A DNA stretch of 63,423 nucleotides, the filler included, from Sphacelaria rigidula (Eukaryota): the NCBI GenBank assembly GCA_964200075.2. It is 11 parts of 11 records of this genome, joined end to end, with 100 filler letters (N's around TTAATTAATTAA, not from the genome) between each part and the next. Parts side by side here need not be neighbours in the genome. Positions count along the whole stretch, not along the records: positions 51,976 to 57,649 come from CAXNAA020025358.1; positions 57,750 to 63,423 come from CAXNAA020025359.1; 9 more parts are not named here. One strand, written 5' to 3'. A program made the translations under genes and the position numbers. The notes beneath the pieces are model-generated. The model saw only the letters and a program-made list of their open reading frames with translations. It ran no database searches and was not told the origin of the DNA. Positions 53,071 through 63,423 of this stretch are shown here, piece after piece (position 1 is the stretch's first letter; every line of letters starts with the position of its first letter).

Positions 53071-53719
53071 AGCCTAAATGATGCGCCGCTCGATACTGGA
53101 ATGAAGTAAGCGTGTGATTCCTCTCGGAACAGTAGTTTACACTTCCCTAACCTTTCATCACTGCCACAAAAAACGGCCTCTGCAAGTTGTCACAAAAAAG
53201 GGTACAACAGTATTTCACAAAAAACGGCCGAGGCTGTCACTGCATCGGAAAAACTTCTTCATCCGTCCTATTTTCGCAAGTTGATGGCAATCCGAGACCC
53301 TTTGACCGCAAGCTGCCCGGTTTTCTGGTCTGCTTTTTCTATTTTTGCACGCCCAAGTATGGTCAGTGCGTGACTGTTCCATCACTGCAAGTCGTCACAA
53401 GAAAGGGTGGAACAGTAATTCACAAAAAACGGCCGGGGTCGTCACTGCATCGGAAACATTTCTCCACTCATTACTTCCACTTGAAAAAGTACCAAAGTCC
53501 CAGCCAGCGACTGAAAACTACGTTGTCCTCTTTGGAATTATGTTACACTGTCTACTGTAGCACTTTCCCTTGAAAAAATAGTACCAAACCCCCAGCCAGC
53601 AACTAATCACTGCTATGTTCACTGTAGACTTCTGTTACACTGTCTACTATAGATTTATGTTATTGTCTACGGTACAATAATAATCCTGCACAAAACTGCC
53701 CACCGCTTTCATTGCTTGC

Positions 53720-53896
53720 ACGGGCGTCAATTTCACTCGAAAAAAGTGTGTGATCCAGATGGACTACCCGCATCGCGGTGTAAGGATTAGCCCTTTGACC
53801 TCGAAGGTAGGTCACCTGCTGAATCGGCATCAATTTCACTTGAAAACAGTGTGCGTGATCCAGATGGACTACCCGCATCGCGGTCTCAGGGTTAAT
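53720..53896. mobile_element. Tandem pair (one partial) of the piggyBac-like MITE
   Basis: Junction ggattag-ccctttgacc; ends cgcggtctcaggg-TTAA. Confidence 0.8.
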
Positions 53897-53912
53897 TACA
53901 TACACTGACACT

Positions 53913-54268
53913 ACCGGTCGCCCCGGTGGCTCAGTTGGTAACCTCGAAACCCTCTGACGGTCGGGTCGTGGGTTCGAATCTTCGAGCGACCTGGGATTTT
54001 TCTCACACAATGTCCAACGGTGGAGAGCAACTATGTCATGGGTACCCAAAAGCGACTGGATGGTCGACGACGGAAAGGGACTGCTGAACCCCTCTCACGA
54101 TAAAAAATAAAGGGAAGCACCGCAGTAGGAAGGTGGAGAATGAAAAACAAACCAAAAAGAAAAAAAACTCCTGTGTTGACCTCCCTCCTATGTGACCCCG
54201 GTTGGTGCGCCCACATATACCGGAAGGTGCAGACTGGCGTCCAGAAGAAATGGGACAACACACACACT
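53913..54268 (+). mobile_element. Full-length tRNA-derived SINE
   Basis: A-box GTGGCTCAGTTGG, B-box GGTTCGAATC, (AC)n tail. Confidence 0.88.
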
Positions 54269-54655
54269 GACTAGACAAACTACACAGGCCGTCAATCCAG
54301 CTCGTGGTGATTCGTCTCTGCGTGGTTGCTCTCACCGTACTGCTTCGCTCTATACTCCCTCGCAACACGCTCCCGGACGACGCAATTTTCTATTCGGCAT
54401 GGATGATGTTGGCCAAACACCAATGTTCGATTTTGATTTGATTGGCCATTTCTTTCTGTGCTTTGCTTGTGTTGAATTATTGTTACTTCTTTTTGTCACG
54501 ACTTAGTCTGCTATGTCGTTCTGTCCGACCCCTCTTTCTTTTCTTTTCTTTCTGTTCCTACTTTTTTCTGTTCCTACTTTTTTCTGTGCCTTCTTTTTTC
54601 TTCCTTCTTTTTCTTAGAGCGTGTTCGAATTTCGTTTTTCTCAGGTGCGCCTGTC

Positions 54656-54718
54656 ATGAGACCACGGCTGGACCCCTGGGGGGTCAGTTAAAATGCGACA
54701 ATCAATCAATCAATCAAT
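54656..54718 (+). repeat. Retroposon-like 3' end with a (CAAT)n tail; inverted copy at ~49253-49326
   Basis: atgagaccacggctggacccctggggggtc.gttaaa.tgcgacaat followed by (caat)n in both copies. Confidence 0.6.
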
Positions 54719-54892
54719 ACGTATACTTTCATGCGTTGTGTCAGGTTAGCCACAGGCAATCGTCGCTTCCCGAGTAACATATTCCATGCCGGCTCTGCTG
54801 TCCGTGGGTGGATTCAAAATGTAGTTCGTTGGACGAGCGAGTCTTTGCGCCAGTGTCGTGTGAAAATGGTTCTACTCTGACAGTAGGTCCTA

Positions 54893-55743
54893 TTAACCCT
54901 TGGACCGCGGTGCGGGTAGTCCAGCTGGATCACGCATACGCTTTTCAAGTGAAAATCGATGCCGATTCAGTAGATGACCTACCCTCCTCGCGGTCCAAGG
55001 ATTAACCCTAGAACCTTAGACGACGAGAGTAGGTCATCTGTTGAATCGGCATCCATTTCACTCGAAAAACGTAAGCGTGATCGAGATGGACTAGCCTCGC
55101 GGTACAAGGGTTCAACCGCGATGCTGGTGGTCCATCTGGATCACGCATACTTTTTCAAGTGAAAATGTATGCCGATTCAGCAGGTGACCTACCCTCGCGG
55201 TCAAAGGGTCAACTCTTGGACCGCGATGCGGGTAGTCAATCTGAATCACATATACGTCGTTCATGTGAAATTAATTCCGATTCAGCAAGTGGCCGACCCT
55301 CATCGCGGTCAAATGGTTAGCCCTTAGGTCGCGATGCGGGTAGTCCATCTGGATCACGCATACGCTTTTCAAGTGAATATCGATGCCGTTTCAGCGGGTG
55401 ACCTACCTCCTCGCGGTCCAAGAGTTAACCCTTAGACCGCGATGCTGGTGGTCCATCTGAATCACCCATACTTTTGCCAAGTGAATATCGATGCCGATTC
55501 AGCAGGTGACCTACCTTCGCGGTTAAAGGGTTGACCGTTAGACCGCGATGCTGGCGTCCCATCTGGATCACGGATATTTTTTTTATGTGACTACTGATGC
55601 CAATTCAGCAGGTGATATACACTCGCGGTCAAGATGTCAACCCTCTCACCGCAAGGGTAGGTCACCAGTGGGATCGTCATCAATTTCACTTGAAAAAGGT
55701 ATGCATGATCCAGATGGACTACCCGCATCACGGTCTAATGGTT
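54893..55743. mobile_element. Array of eight ~105-bp piggyBac-like MITE units in mixed orientation
   Basis: Units bounded by CCCTT(A/G)GACCGCG...CGCGGTC(A/C)AAGGG and joined through TTAA-like tetramers; orientation + - + + + + + -. Confidence 0.85.
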
Positions 55744-55759
55744 TTTCATGGGTACAGCC

Positions 55760-55885
55760 TCGCCCCGGTGGCTCAGTCGGTAACGTCGAAATCCTCTCAC
55801 GGTTGGGGTCGTGGGTTCGAATCTTGGAGCGGTCTGGGATTTTTCTCACACAATGCCTGACAGTGGAGAGCGAATATGTCGTGGG
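55760..55885 (+). mobile_element. 5' third of the tRNA-derived SINE
   Basis: TCGCCCCGGTGGCTCAGTCGGTAAC...GGTTCGAATC...GGAGAGCGAATATGTCG. Confidence 0.8.
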
Positions 55886-56717
55886 GGGTAGAACCGGTTG
55901 TTTCTCCACCTTGACTTCTCAAGCGAGGGAGAACACTCCGATGCGGAAGTGACGGTGGCGGGTGCAGCACTTACAGCACCGGTGACCGCGCCACTCATGG
56001 TGTAGAGTTGCGCGTAACCCTAAGCGTACTGCTTTACTGCTGTGCTGTGCGGCGTGCGGTCTGTTGTGTGTTGCTACTGCCATGTGTGGACAATGCTGTG
56101 TGTATCTGCTTTAGTCGTGTATCGTCGACTTGAGTAGGTCCACTTTTTGCTCCTGTACGCCACAGGCAAAAAGATGGCATTACACAACGAAAGCGCCTCA
56201 ATTATCTTCATAAACACAACATATCAACCCTTCCGTGATGGTGCGCAACCCTAATCTGGACAAAAAGGCTTCTCTATCAGACTGAATACTGGTCGTTGTT
56301 GGAGCAATCATTTACAAAAGTGATTTTTATCCATCATCGGTGTGTTGTAGCAAACGTGCGGAGCAGGAAAGATCCAATGCCGTTGATACCTGCAGCACTG
56401 CTGCCACGCGCGTCAGCCGTGGCTTATCACTAGTTGTTATTATTGTTATTATAATCGTTATCGTTATCATTATCATTATTTATTGATTATTTCGTTGAGA
56501 CTGAACGCATCACATGGGCAAGTCGCTCATCGACCGACGTAGAACGGCCAAAAAGCAGCGTGTATGGATGAGCTCTTGAGAGAGGAAAAGCGTCGACCCA
56601 CGTGATGCGTATTGATAGTCGAGTAAAACTACGGCAGGTGTGGCACATTTGGCCTTGAACCTTCCTCAATCAGGGGCTCTCCTGACACTTATTACGATAG
56701 CCCCCCCCAAAACCAGC

Positions 56718-56802
56718 TGCTCCGTCTCGAAAGGGATGCGTGGTCAATGGTCAAACGACTAAGGCAAGCAACAAATGAGTACGCCCCCCCCCCTCCCCCC
56801 CC
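56718..56802 (+). mobile_element. Family-B poly(C)-tailed insertion with TSD
   Basis: C8-A4-CCAGC at 56701-56717 and C8-A6-CCAGC at 56795-56813. Confidence 0.88.
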
Positions 56803-57476
56803 AAAAAACCAGCCCAAAAGTGTCACGAAAAATATGGACATACAGTGCCTGAGGTTGGGTTCAGGCTGCATGAAGCGCCTCATATGGGCGACATCGGCGA
56901 GAACGAGCCTAAGCTTGGGAATTCCCGCATGATCGTTGTACTCGGCCTTTTGCATCTCGAATTACGTCAAGATTTTGCCTTCCCAAACCAGGCTTTTTTT
57001 TAGGGGGAGGCTGTCGTAGAAAGTGTCTCCTAAATGTACAAGCTAGATAAGAACATGGGTCAAGACATTCCCGTTTTGAATGTCAATGGGGACATCCCGA
57101 GCCCATCTAGAACGCTAATCGTGGCGTGCTGCCACATACTTCAGAAGTCATGTTTAGATGAGATGGACGGCTATCAACAATTTGAACCTCAGAAAATAGT
57201 TGTGCTGTAGTTCCCTGAAGAGTGCCTTCACGCTGTATTTCGGCCAACGCGAAATGTTTCCGACTTTTTTTTTATCTTACTTTCATCTCCTCCCCCTCTT
57301 TGGGACGAGCCCTTAATGCCAAAGGATCGACCCGCCTCTCCAAGTACACGACTTATATTTCAAGCATCGCGGATTGCATCAACACTTCCGCACTGCGTCC
57401 ACCCACGTCAATATTTATTGTGTTGTACAGTACGCATACCCTCATGTTTGCATCTACGAAAATTGGATAACACTCG

Positions 57477-57560
57477 AAAAAAAGAAACGTCCCGCAGGAA
57501 TCGAACCCGGATTTTTTCCGACCTAAGGCGCGCCAGTTGTACTGGTTAAACCGCCCGTGC
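57477..57560 (-). pseudogene. tRNA-like relic or SINE head
   Basis: Minus strand ...CCGGGTTCGATTCCTGCGGGACG-TTTCTTTTTTT (T-arm/B-box and oligo-T); no complete cloverleaf. Confidence 0.35.
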
Positions 57561-57580
57561 ACGGTGGCAGCGGGGTTGCT

Positions 57581-57649
57581 GGGGGGGGCGCACTCATGAT
57601 CCTCCATGCCGTAGTCATGTGACCATTGACCTCGCATCCCTACAAAGCC
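57581..57649 (-). mobile_element. Family-A poly(C)-tailed 3' end at contig end
   Basis: G8-CGCACTCATGATCCTCCATGCCGTAGTCATGTGACCATTGACCTCGCATCCCTACAAAGCC. Confidence 0.8.
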
Positions 57650-60245
57650 NNNNNNNNNNNNNNNNNNNNNNNNNNNNNNNNNNNNNNNNNNNNTTAATTA
57701 ATTAANNNNNNNNNNNNNNNNNNNNNNNNNNNNNNNNNNNNNNNNNNNNATCACCTGAATTCCCCGAAATTGTTTCTTCATTTGGGATCCCAACATTTCG
57801 GTTATTGACATCCAAATTTTTAGGACATATAGCAGTTATAATTAGCCACCAGTAGGTAAAGGTTAACCATATTTCGAAGATTTAGTGTCGATACGAACAT
57901 TTTAATCCTCCGGGTTCTCATCCTCAATGGAAATCTCCATCCTCAACATAAATGATCCGCTGTTTATATGTGAACGTAATAAACACCATAGAATACACAT
58001 GTAAGACAAAAAATAGTCTCAGGAACGGGGTCCGCTAGTGACATACATGAGCGGACTCGAAACGTTCAAACCTGTGAAACTGAATCTTTGACAACCTAGG
58101 CAAACGGGATCTCCGGTACAAAGAGCCCAGAACAATAGGGCCACCGCATGAACCCTGGTTGAACGCCGCGGGTAATGCCGTACCGGTCCGTTCAGTTGTT
58201 CTTGTTGCCTGTGTTCGGCCCACGGCTTAATCCTTGCCTGAACATCCAAGAGAAACAATCACGCCTGAATTCGGAGATCCGTCGGCAGCAGGGCACGACA
58301 GCGTTCTTCTTCGGAACCCGTAACTGTACTGCCTCACCCCCTAGCGAGGTCTGGTTCGCACAGAAGTGTTTTACAGTCATTCTATGGCTGTCCATCCATA
58401 TTATCAGGCTTGTAGTTCTGCACTTCCAAATCCTGCTTATATTTTCGCCGAGACTGACAAGTTCAACCAAGAACAATAACGTTCTTTTTGGGCGTTGCTC
58501 TGAGTTTTGTGGGAGAGCCTGAGGATTTCTAGAGCTGTATAAAAAGCCGCACGTTCAGCAAAAAAGCCTCCAGGGTGTTTCTAAGCACTCTGACGAAGGG
58601 GGTGAGTGTTCGGTTCTTCCTACTGAAGTTGCTGTCGTGGAATACTGTAGTCCTGTTGCTGAAGGTAAAGCGAGGCGTATTCTCTCCCTCATACTACGTA
58701 GGCAAGGACTTGGCCGTGAGCCGTGTGGGGAGGCTAACGTTTACGTGATTCCGTGAGAGTGGTGGCTCTCTAGTAGTGAATTATTTGTGTTCATGCCATG
58801 CCGCACCGGATTACTTGGGGTACAGGAGATCCACCTGTGTGATGATACGTGCGAGTACTTCGGGGCCTCTTGACTCTTTCTGCAGGCGGAACAATATTAA
58901 TCTGTGAATTAGTCGTCTCTTCCCGCCCATGCATGAATATGTAAATGCAGGTGTTCAATCGGCGCGTCCATCGCATGCCTTTCACATCGCGGGTCGTATA
59001 CATACCCATATGTATGCCCTGGTGATCGATGGTCATGCGGAAACGACACTAAGATCAATCGTTCCTCTCCGCCATGGTCGTTGCGCTTTCAACTTGTTTC
59101 AGCAGCCAGTACGACAGGTAAATACATCAAGGCCCACCTACCTGCCTAGTCTTGAGCACGTGAGGCCGGCGGTGTAGCACTTACGCGTGATCAAGCAGTA
59201 ACGCGGGACTCCATTCGCGCCCGTCCCCCCCCTTCCCCCCACGAGTACGAGGGAGGGTTCCTGTGGGAAAACATGGGTACCGTGTACGTTCAAAAACCTT
59301 ACTCCGACGAGGATCCAAGGCCCTCTCTACACCACCCCAGGGTGGCGAAAAGGTATACATGGCAGGGTTCCGACAATCTTGTTGCCCTGATGAGTGTACG
59401 TATCGAGTCCACTGGTGGACATTTTTTTGCTTTTCAGCTACAGCCCTCTGTGAGCCCTACAGTAGCACCCTCTGGCGTAGCACCCTGGTGCTGAAACACA
59501 TTGTCCGCCGCAAACGTGTGGTGGTTCGTGAACCCTTGTGTTAAGCACCCGTTCAACAGTATTTCCGCTTATTGTTCCGTTTCAGCGACTGGAAGGAAAG
59601 CTTGCAACGGTATAGTAAAAGGGGCCTATCCAATGGTGCCGACAGGGTAAGTAAACTTGACACGTGCGCGTGACGAGCAAAAATAATCTGGGATTACGTC
59701 TGGGGAAATTCGCACCCTTTTGCCCACGAATAGAAAGGCGGACCCCAGATTTTTGTGGAAAGGGAGTTACTTCTGATTGACTCCGGTAGTACATCACCAT
59801 CCTGACCCTCCCTGTATGCGGTCGGCGTCCCTCCGGTCCATGTTTGCAGCCCTATTTCAGACATTTCGCTGAATGGCGTTGTGCTCGTTTCTGTTCGAGT
59901 ACATAACGGTGGTGGCTCCGCTAGACCGTACAATCACCAGCTCGATATGCAGACATGTTTCGAATGATGGCTTCTGCTCTGTGCGGCAAGGTAAAGCTCA
60001 CTCGGTAAACCGCCCTTATATACTGCTCGCGTCATTCAATCCCACAACACAATATTTTTGACCGAGATGGTCTCGTTAGGGATACGGGACCACCCCACAC
60101 GCCGCTGTTCCAGTCAGTGCCCCAACAACTGCAAAAACATTACAATACCCCCCCCCACCCCTCCCCCTAAAGACGAGCTATGGTACGAGACCAGATTGAA
60201 GTGAGATAATGCTGCTTCCCCTCACCACCATTAGACACCCCCCCA

Positions 60246-62380
60246 TCACACGTAAACCAGGGTAGGCCTCAAGGCCAAACAAGCAGCCGTAGTCAGCGCC
60301 GCCTTCTTCTCCCCCTCCTCCTCACCATCCTCTTTCCCCACCTTCCCACCGCTAGCCACTACCTGACAACGACTCAAATGCAATTCCTGAAGGGGTGGTG
60401 GATCCTGCATTTCCTTTCTAGCTTTGACAAGCCTAGTAAGCAGGTTCTGGATGGCTGCACCGACTCCGAGTTCTCGGTTGTCGCTCAAGTTGAGCGCTGC
60501 TAGGCTTTTACTACCGCCCGCTACGCATCTGCCGTCGTCGGTCGTGGTGACTTCGCTGAGTGGTATGCGAGTTTCCAGCTTCACATCACGCTTCTTTTTC
60601 ATGGCGTCCTGTGTACGTTTGACGACACGAATGTGAACAATGAACACCGCTGGGTTGAAAAAATACCCGGGAATCAACGTCGTCTGAACCGTATGAACAC
60701 GGGTTCTGTACGCAGCGGTACCACCAGCAAACCAAAATCAGATGATTTTTCCCAAGGACCAGAGGCGATCAGAGCATTAGAGTCCCTCGTGAGCTCACCT
60801 CCCTACGTGCACGTATATACCCGGGTTTCAGCTAATCGTGGTTCTCTGCACGTTTCGTATTGGCGACGTGCATTCTCGTGACTTAATGTTTTCGTGATCC
60901 TGACTATTTTACTCTCGCGAACGGAAAGCCTGCAGACAGTCAAACCAACGAACAACCTTCAAACAGGCTTGGTTTTCGTGATAAAGAGCTTGACCATGAA
61001 GGGCCAGCGTCTCACGTCCTGTGCGTGTGTTTGTGTGCGGTGATGCCAAGGACGAGGTACAAATGTAGTGAGTGTGTGCGATGATGATCACCATGATTGC
61101 ACGTCAGGTCAGAAGAGCGTGTTCTTTGCAACGAGGTTTTTGGTAGGCGTACTGCTGTACTTGCGTACATGTTCCTTTTCGTGGCGTGCTGTGTGTGTGC
61201 CTTCGCATGTGTTTGTACAATGGTGCCTTGAAGAGAAAGTAGATGTAGCGCACAGGCTTACTTCACGTCTGGAGCCCGGAAAAGTCGGGAGCATGCTTGA
61301 CACGCTAGCTGATGAGAATTTTTATCACCACCTACTACGGCGGCTACCTGGGCTATTTTATTCGAGGCCTGTATCCTCGCTTCTGCTGCCGATCGCTTTC
61401 CCATATCCTCAGGAGACACCTCGTAACCCCCCGCTAGCAGAAGGCCAAAATGTTCCGCCGAGACCGCCGTGAGATGATTTCTCGCTAGGGATAGCCCTCG
61501 CAAAACGGTATTCAGCTTCAAACTCTCAACTATTGCTTTGGCGCTGCTTCATGGGGTAACAAAGAAGAGCAGAAGTTTACAAACGGAAGCACGGCAGTAA
61601 GAAGACAATATTTCGATCATGACAAGAAAATTCATCGTCTTATTAATCCGCGCTACTTTGCAAAACAAGAGGTTGTTTGCCAAAGCCTAAAACGATGCTA
61701 TACAAGACGGATGTGAATGATTCCATCACAAGTCGGACTCTCGGCCACGATAGTTGTGCTGCTCCACGAAATAGAACACATATGAAAAAATAAGGGACGC
61801 AGCACGAAGAAATTTAGATCCGAGCCATAAAGGTACGCAAAGATAGAGGGTGGGGCTTTTGCTCAAAGCGCGCCCTCTAGATACACTTGAGCGGCACAAC
61901 CAAGTGCGCAGCCGTGTGTGGCTTCCGAATGCGCAGCCGATGAATACTTCGAGAAAAAATGGTCTATCTAATCACTTGGAATTGGTATAGATTCGTTGAG
62001 CGGCCACGACACAAGCACAGTAAAACACGTGGGCTCAGAGTGCATGTGTAAGAGTGTCGTACTTGGTCTACATTCTGCTGTTCTCACCCTTCGTCCGTGA
62101 TGGCGTTGTCGAACAAGCTCAAGGAGCATAGGGTCGTGTTGGGTTCAATCGCTTGAGCTAGCACCACTGCATCGCTATCACCTAGTCTGTTTCCCCTCAG
62201 TGATAAGGCCTTGAGCTTCGACCCTTCTCCGATCAGATCCGCCAGTAGCTCAGCGAAGGAGCGTGATGAGGGTGATGGTTTGTCGTCTTGTTTTTCTGTA
62301 TCCGACGCCGCGCTCTCCGTTGCCGTGCCTTCCGATTTGAATACGAGGCTTTCTGTTCGTTTCGGAGGAGCGTTTTGCAT
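60246..62380 (-). CDS. 3' part of a ribonuclease-inhibitor-type LRR protein, LRRC71-like; exons ~62352-62088, 61543-61348, 60608-60246
   Basis: LKALSLRGNRLGDSDA, LCSLSLFDNAITDEG|AKAIVESLKLNTVLRGLSLARNHLT, LAALNLSDN; GT-AG junctions with compatible phases; stop at 60248-60246. Confidence 0.85.
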
Positions 62381-63423
62381 TCAATGAGAACAAGCCACCC
62401 CCGGGTTCGTCGTGAAAGATCATACTTTTGAAATTCCTGCAGAGACAGAGACAGCGACAGGAGAGCCAGTGTACGCTATAACACATATTCATTCTCAGGA
62501 TGGTCTACCACCAGACTCTTTGCTAGGAAAAGCGAAGAGATCTGGTCAGCTCCCGATGTATTCATGATTCGAACACTAAATATACAGTGTAGCAGGGGAT
62601 CCTGAAAAATGGGGTTCAAGTGGCATTTCGTTTTTGCAGGGATGACGCGAAACTGTTACACAGAGCGGAACCATCTTCCCCCCCAAACTCAGCAACTGCG
62701 AATGATCAGTTGTGGCTAGGTACACCTAACGAATGCGGTGTACACACGTGTCGATGACGATATCACCAAAGAGCGAAGCAACGACAGGGAGGAAGCTCCT
62801 CGCCCGTGTCCTTTGTGTGTCCTCGCTCGGCGATTACCAATCACTCGAGAGACTGGCATCATCGATGTTACCAGCATGTACCCATTTTTTCATGTGCCAG
62901 AACATCGAGCTGCGGAGAGATTCGTCTGTTCTTGCCTGTGGACCTCACCAATGCGAAGATCGATTTCTGTCTGCCTCTCTTTTTGGACAGGACGCGCCTC
63001 TGTGCGCTGAAAAACATGTCGTTGAAAAACAGGGCAATGTTGCCGTCACCGCTACTACTGTTCTCTGTCACACACATGCCAGCAAGAGTAGTGCTGCGGC
63101 AATAAGAGCAGATTCAGTTGGAACTTGGGGGGTGTTATTCATCGTTGATTTTACCCGACCTGTGACTATTTAGGCGCCCAACCACAACAACGTGCCACAG
63201 GCCAGTTGGGGTGTGTGCGAGAGAGAGACCAAACGCTTGTGGAGACCTTCTTGACATGCGGAGTGAAAAAAGATACCTATGTTGGTGACCTAACTGTTTG
63301 AGCGTGGTGCAGAGGGGTGCGTCAATGCTGCAATCTGGAGCTTTCGTTGCTCTACTCTGCTGACTACCCTCTTCACAGACGTCGCCCACCGTAACAACAT
63401 GAAAGTACCGAAAATTGAAACAG

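Larger units (their letters stand above)
5676..57749. other. Ten artificial 100-nt contig spacers at 5676, 11451, 17226, 23001, 28776, 34551, 40326, 46101, 51876 and 57650
   Basis: Identical N44-TTAATTAATTAA-N44 blocks (stops in all six frames) about every 5775 nt; the segments between them are 5675 or 5674 bp. Confidence 0.98.

Noticed and set aside
54893..55743. CRISPR-like or attC-like array
   Set aside because: There are no unique spacers: whole units are homologous and abut directly. No cas or integrase gene is present and the context is eukaryotic.
5676..57749. Regular 5775-nt periodicity with a palindromic TTAATTAATTAA
   Set aside because: Artificial contig joiners. Nothing should be inferred across them, including gene neighbourhoods.

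Overview
This window is not contiguous DNA. It is 11 unrelated contigs (nine of 5675 bp, two of 5674 bp, apparently sorted by length) joined by identical 100-nt artificial spacers (44 N + TTAATTAATTAA + 44 N). The sequence is eukaryotic, repeat-rich and intron-rich, with short exons and long introns. It looks most like a brown alga or other stramenopile, which is an inference from style rather than from a marker gene. Recognisable genes are all partial: an 8-exon EF-hand/WD40 protein, an LRRC71-like LRR protein, the first exon of a CCR4/nocturnin-type EEP nuclease, the last exon of an EML-like WD40 protein, and a putative secreted protein. Mobile DNA includes a decayed Ty1/copia element, a tRNA-derived SINE, Tc1/mariner-type and other MITEs, a ~105-bp TTAA/piggyBac-type MITE that builds mixed-orientation arrays, and several satellites. 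The most unusual signal is a non-LTR retroelement system whose copies end in oligo/poly(C) rather than poly(A). It comprises the 3' end of a LINE-like ORF plus a second, apparently non-coding family. The two families share a conserved ~75-nt foldable 3' end, are 5'-truncated, and sit in C/G-run targets with clear target-site duplications (about 14 copies in the window).
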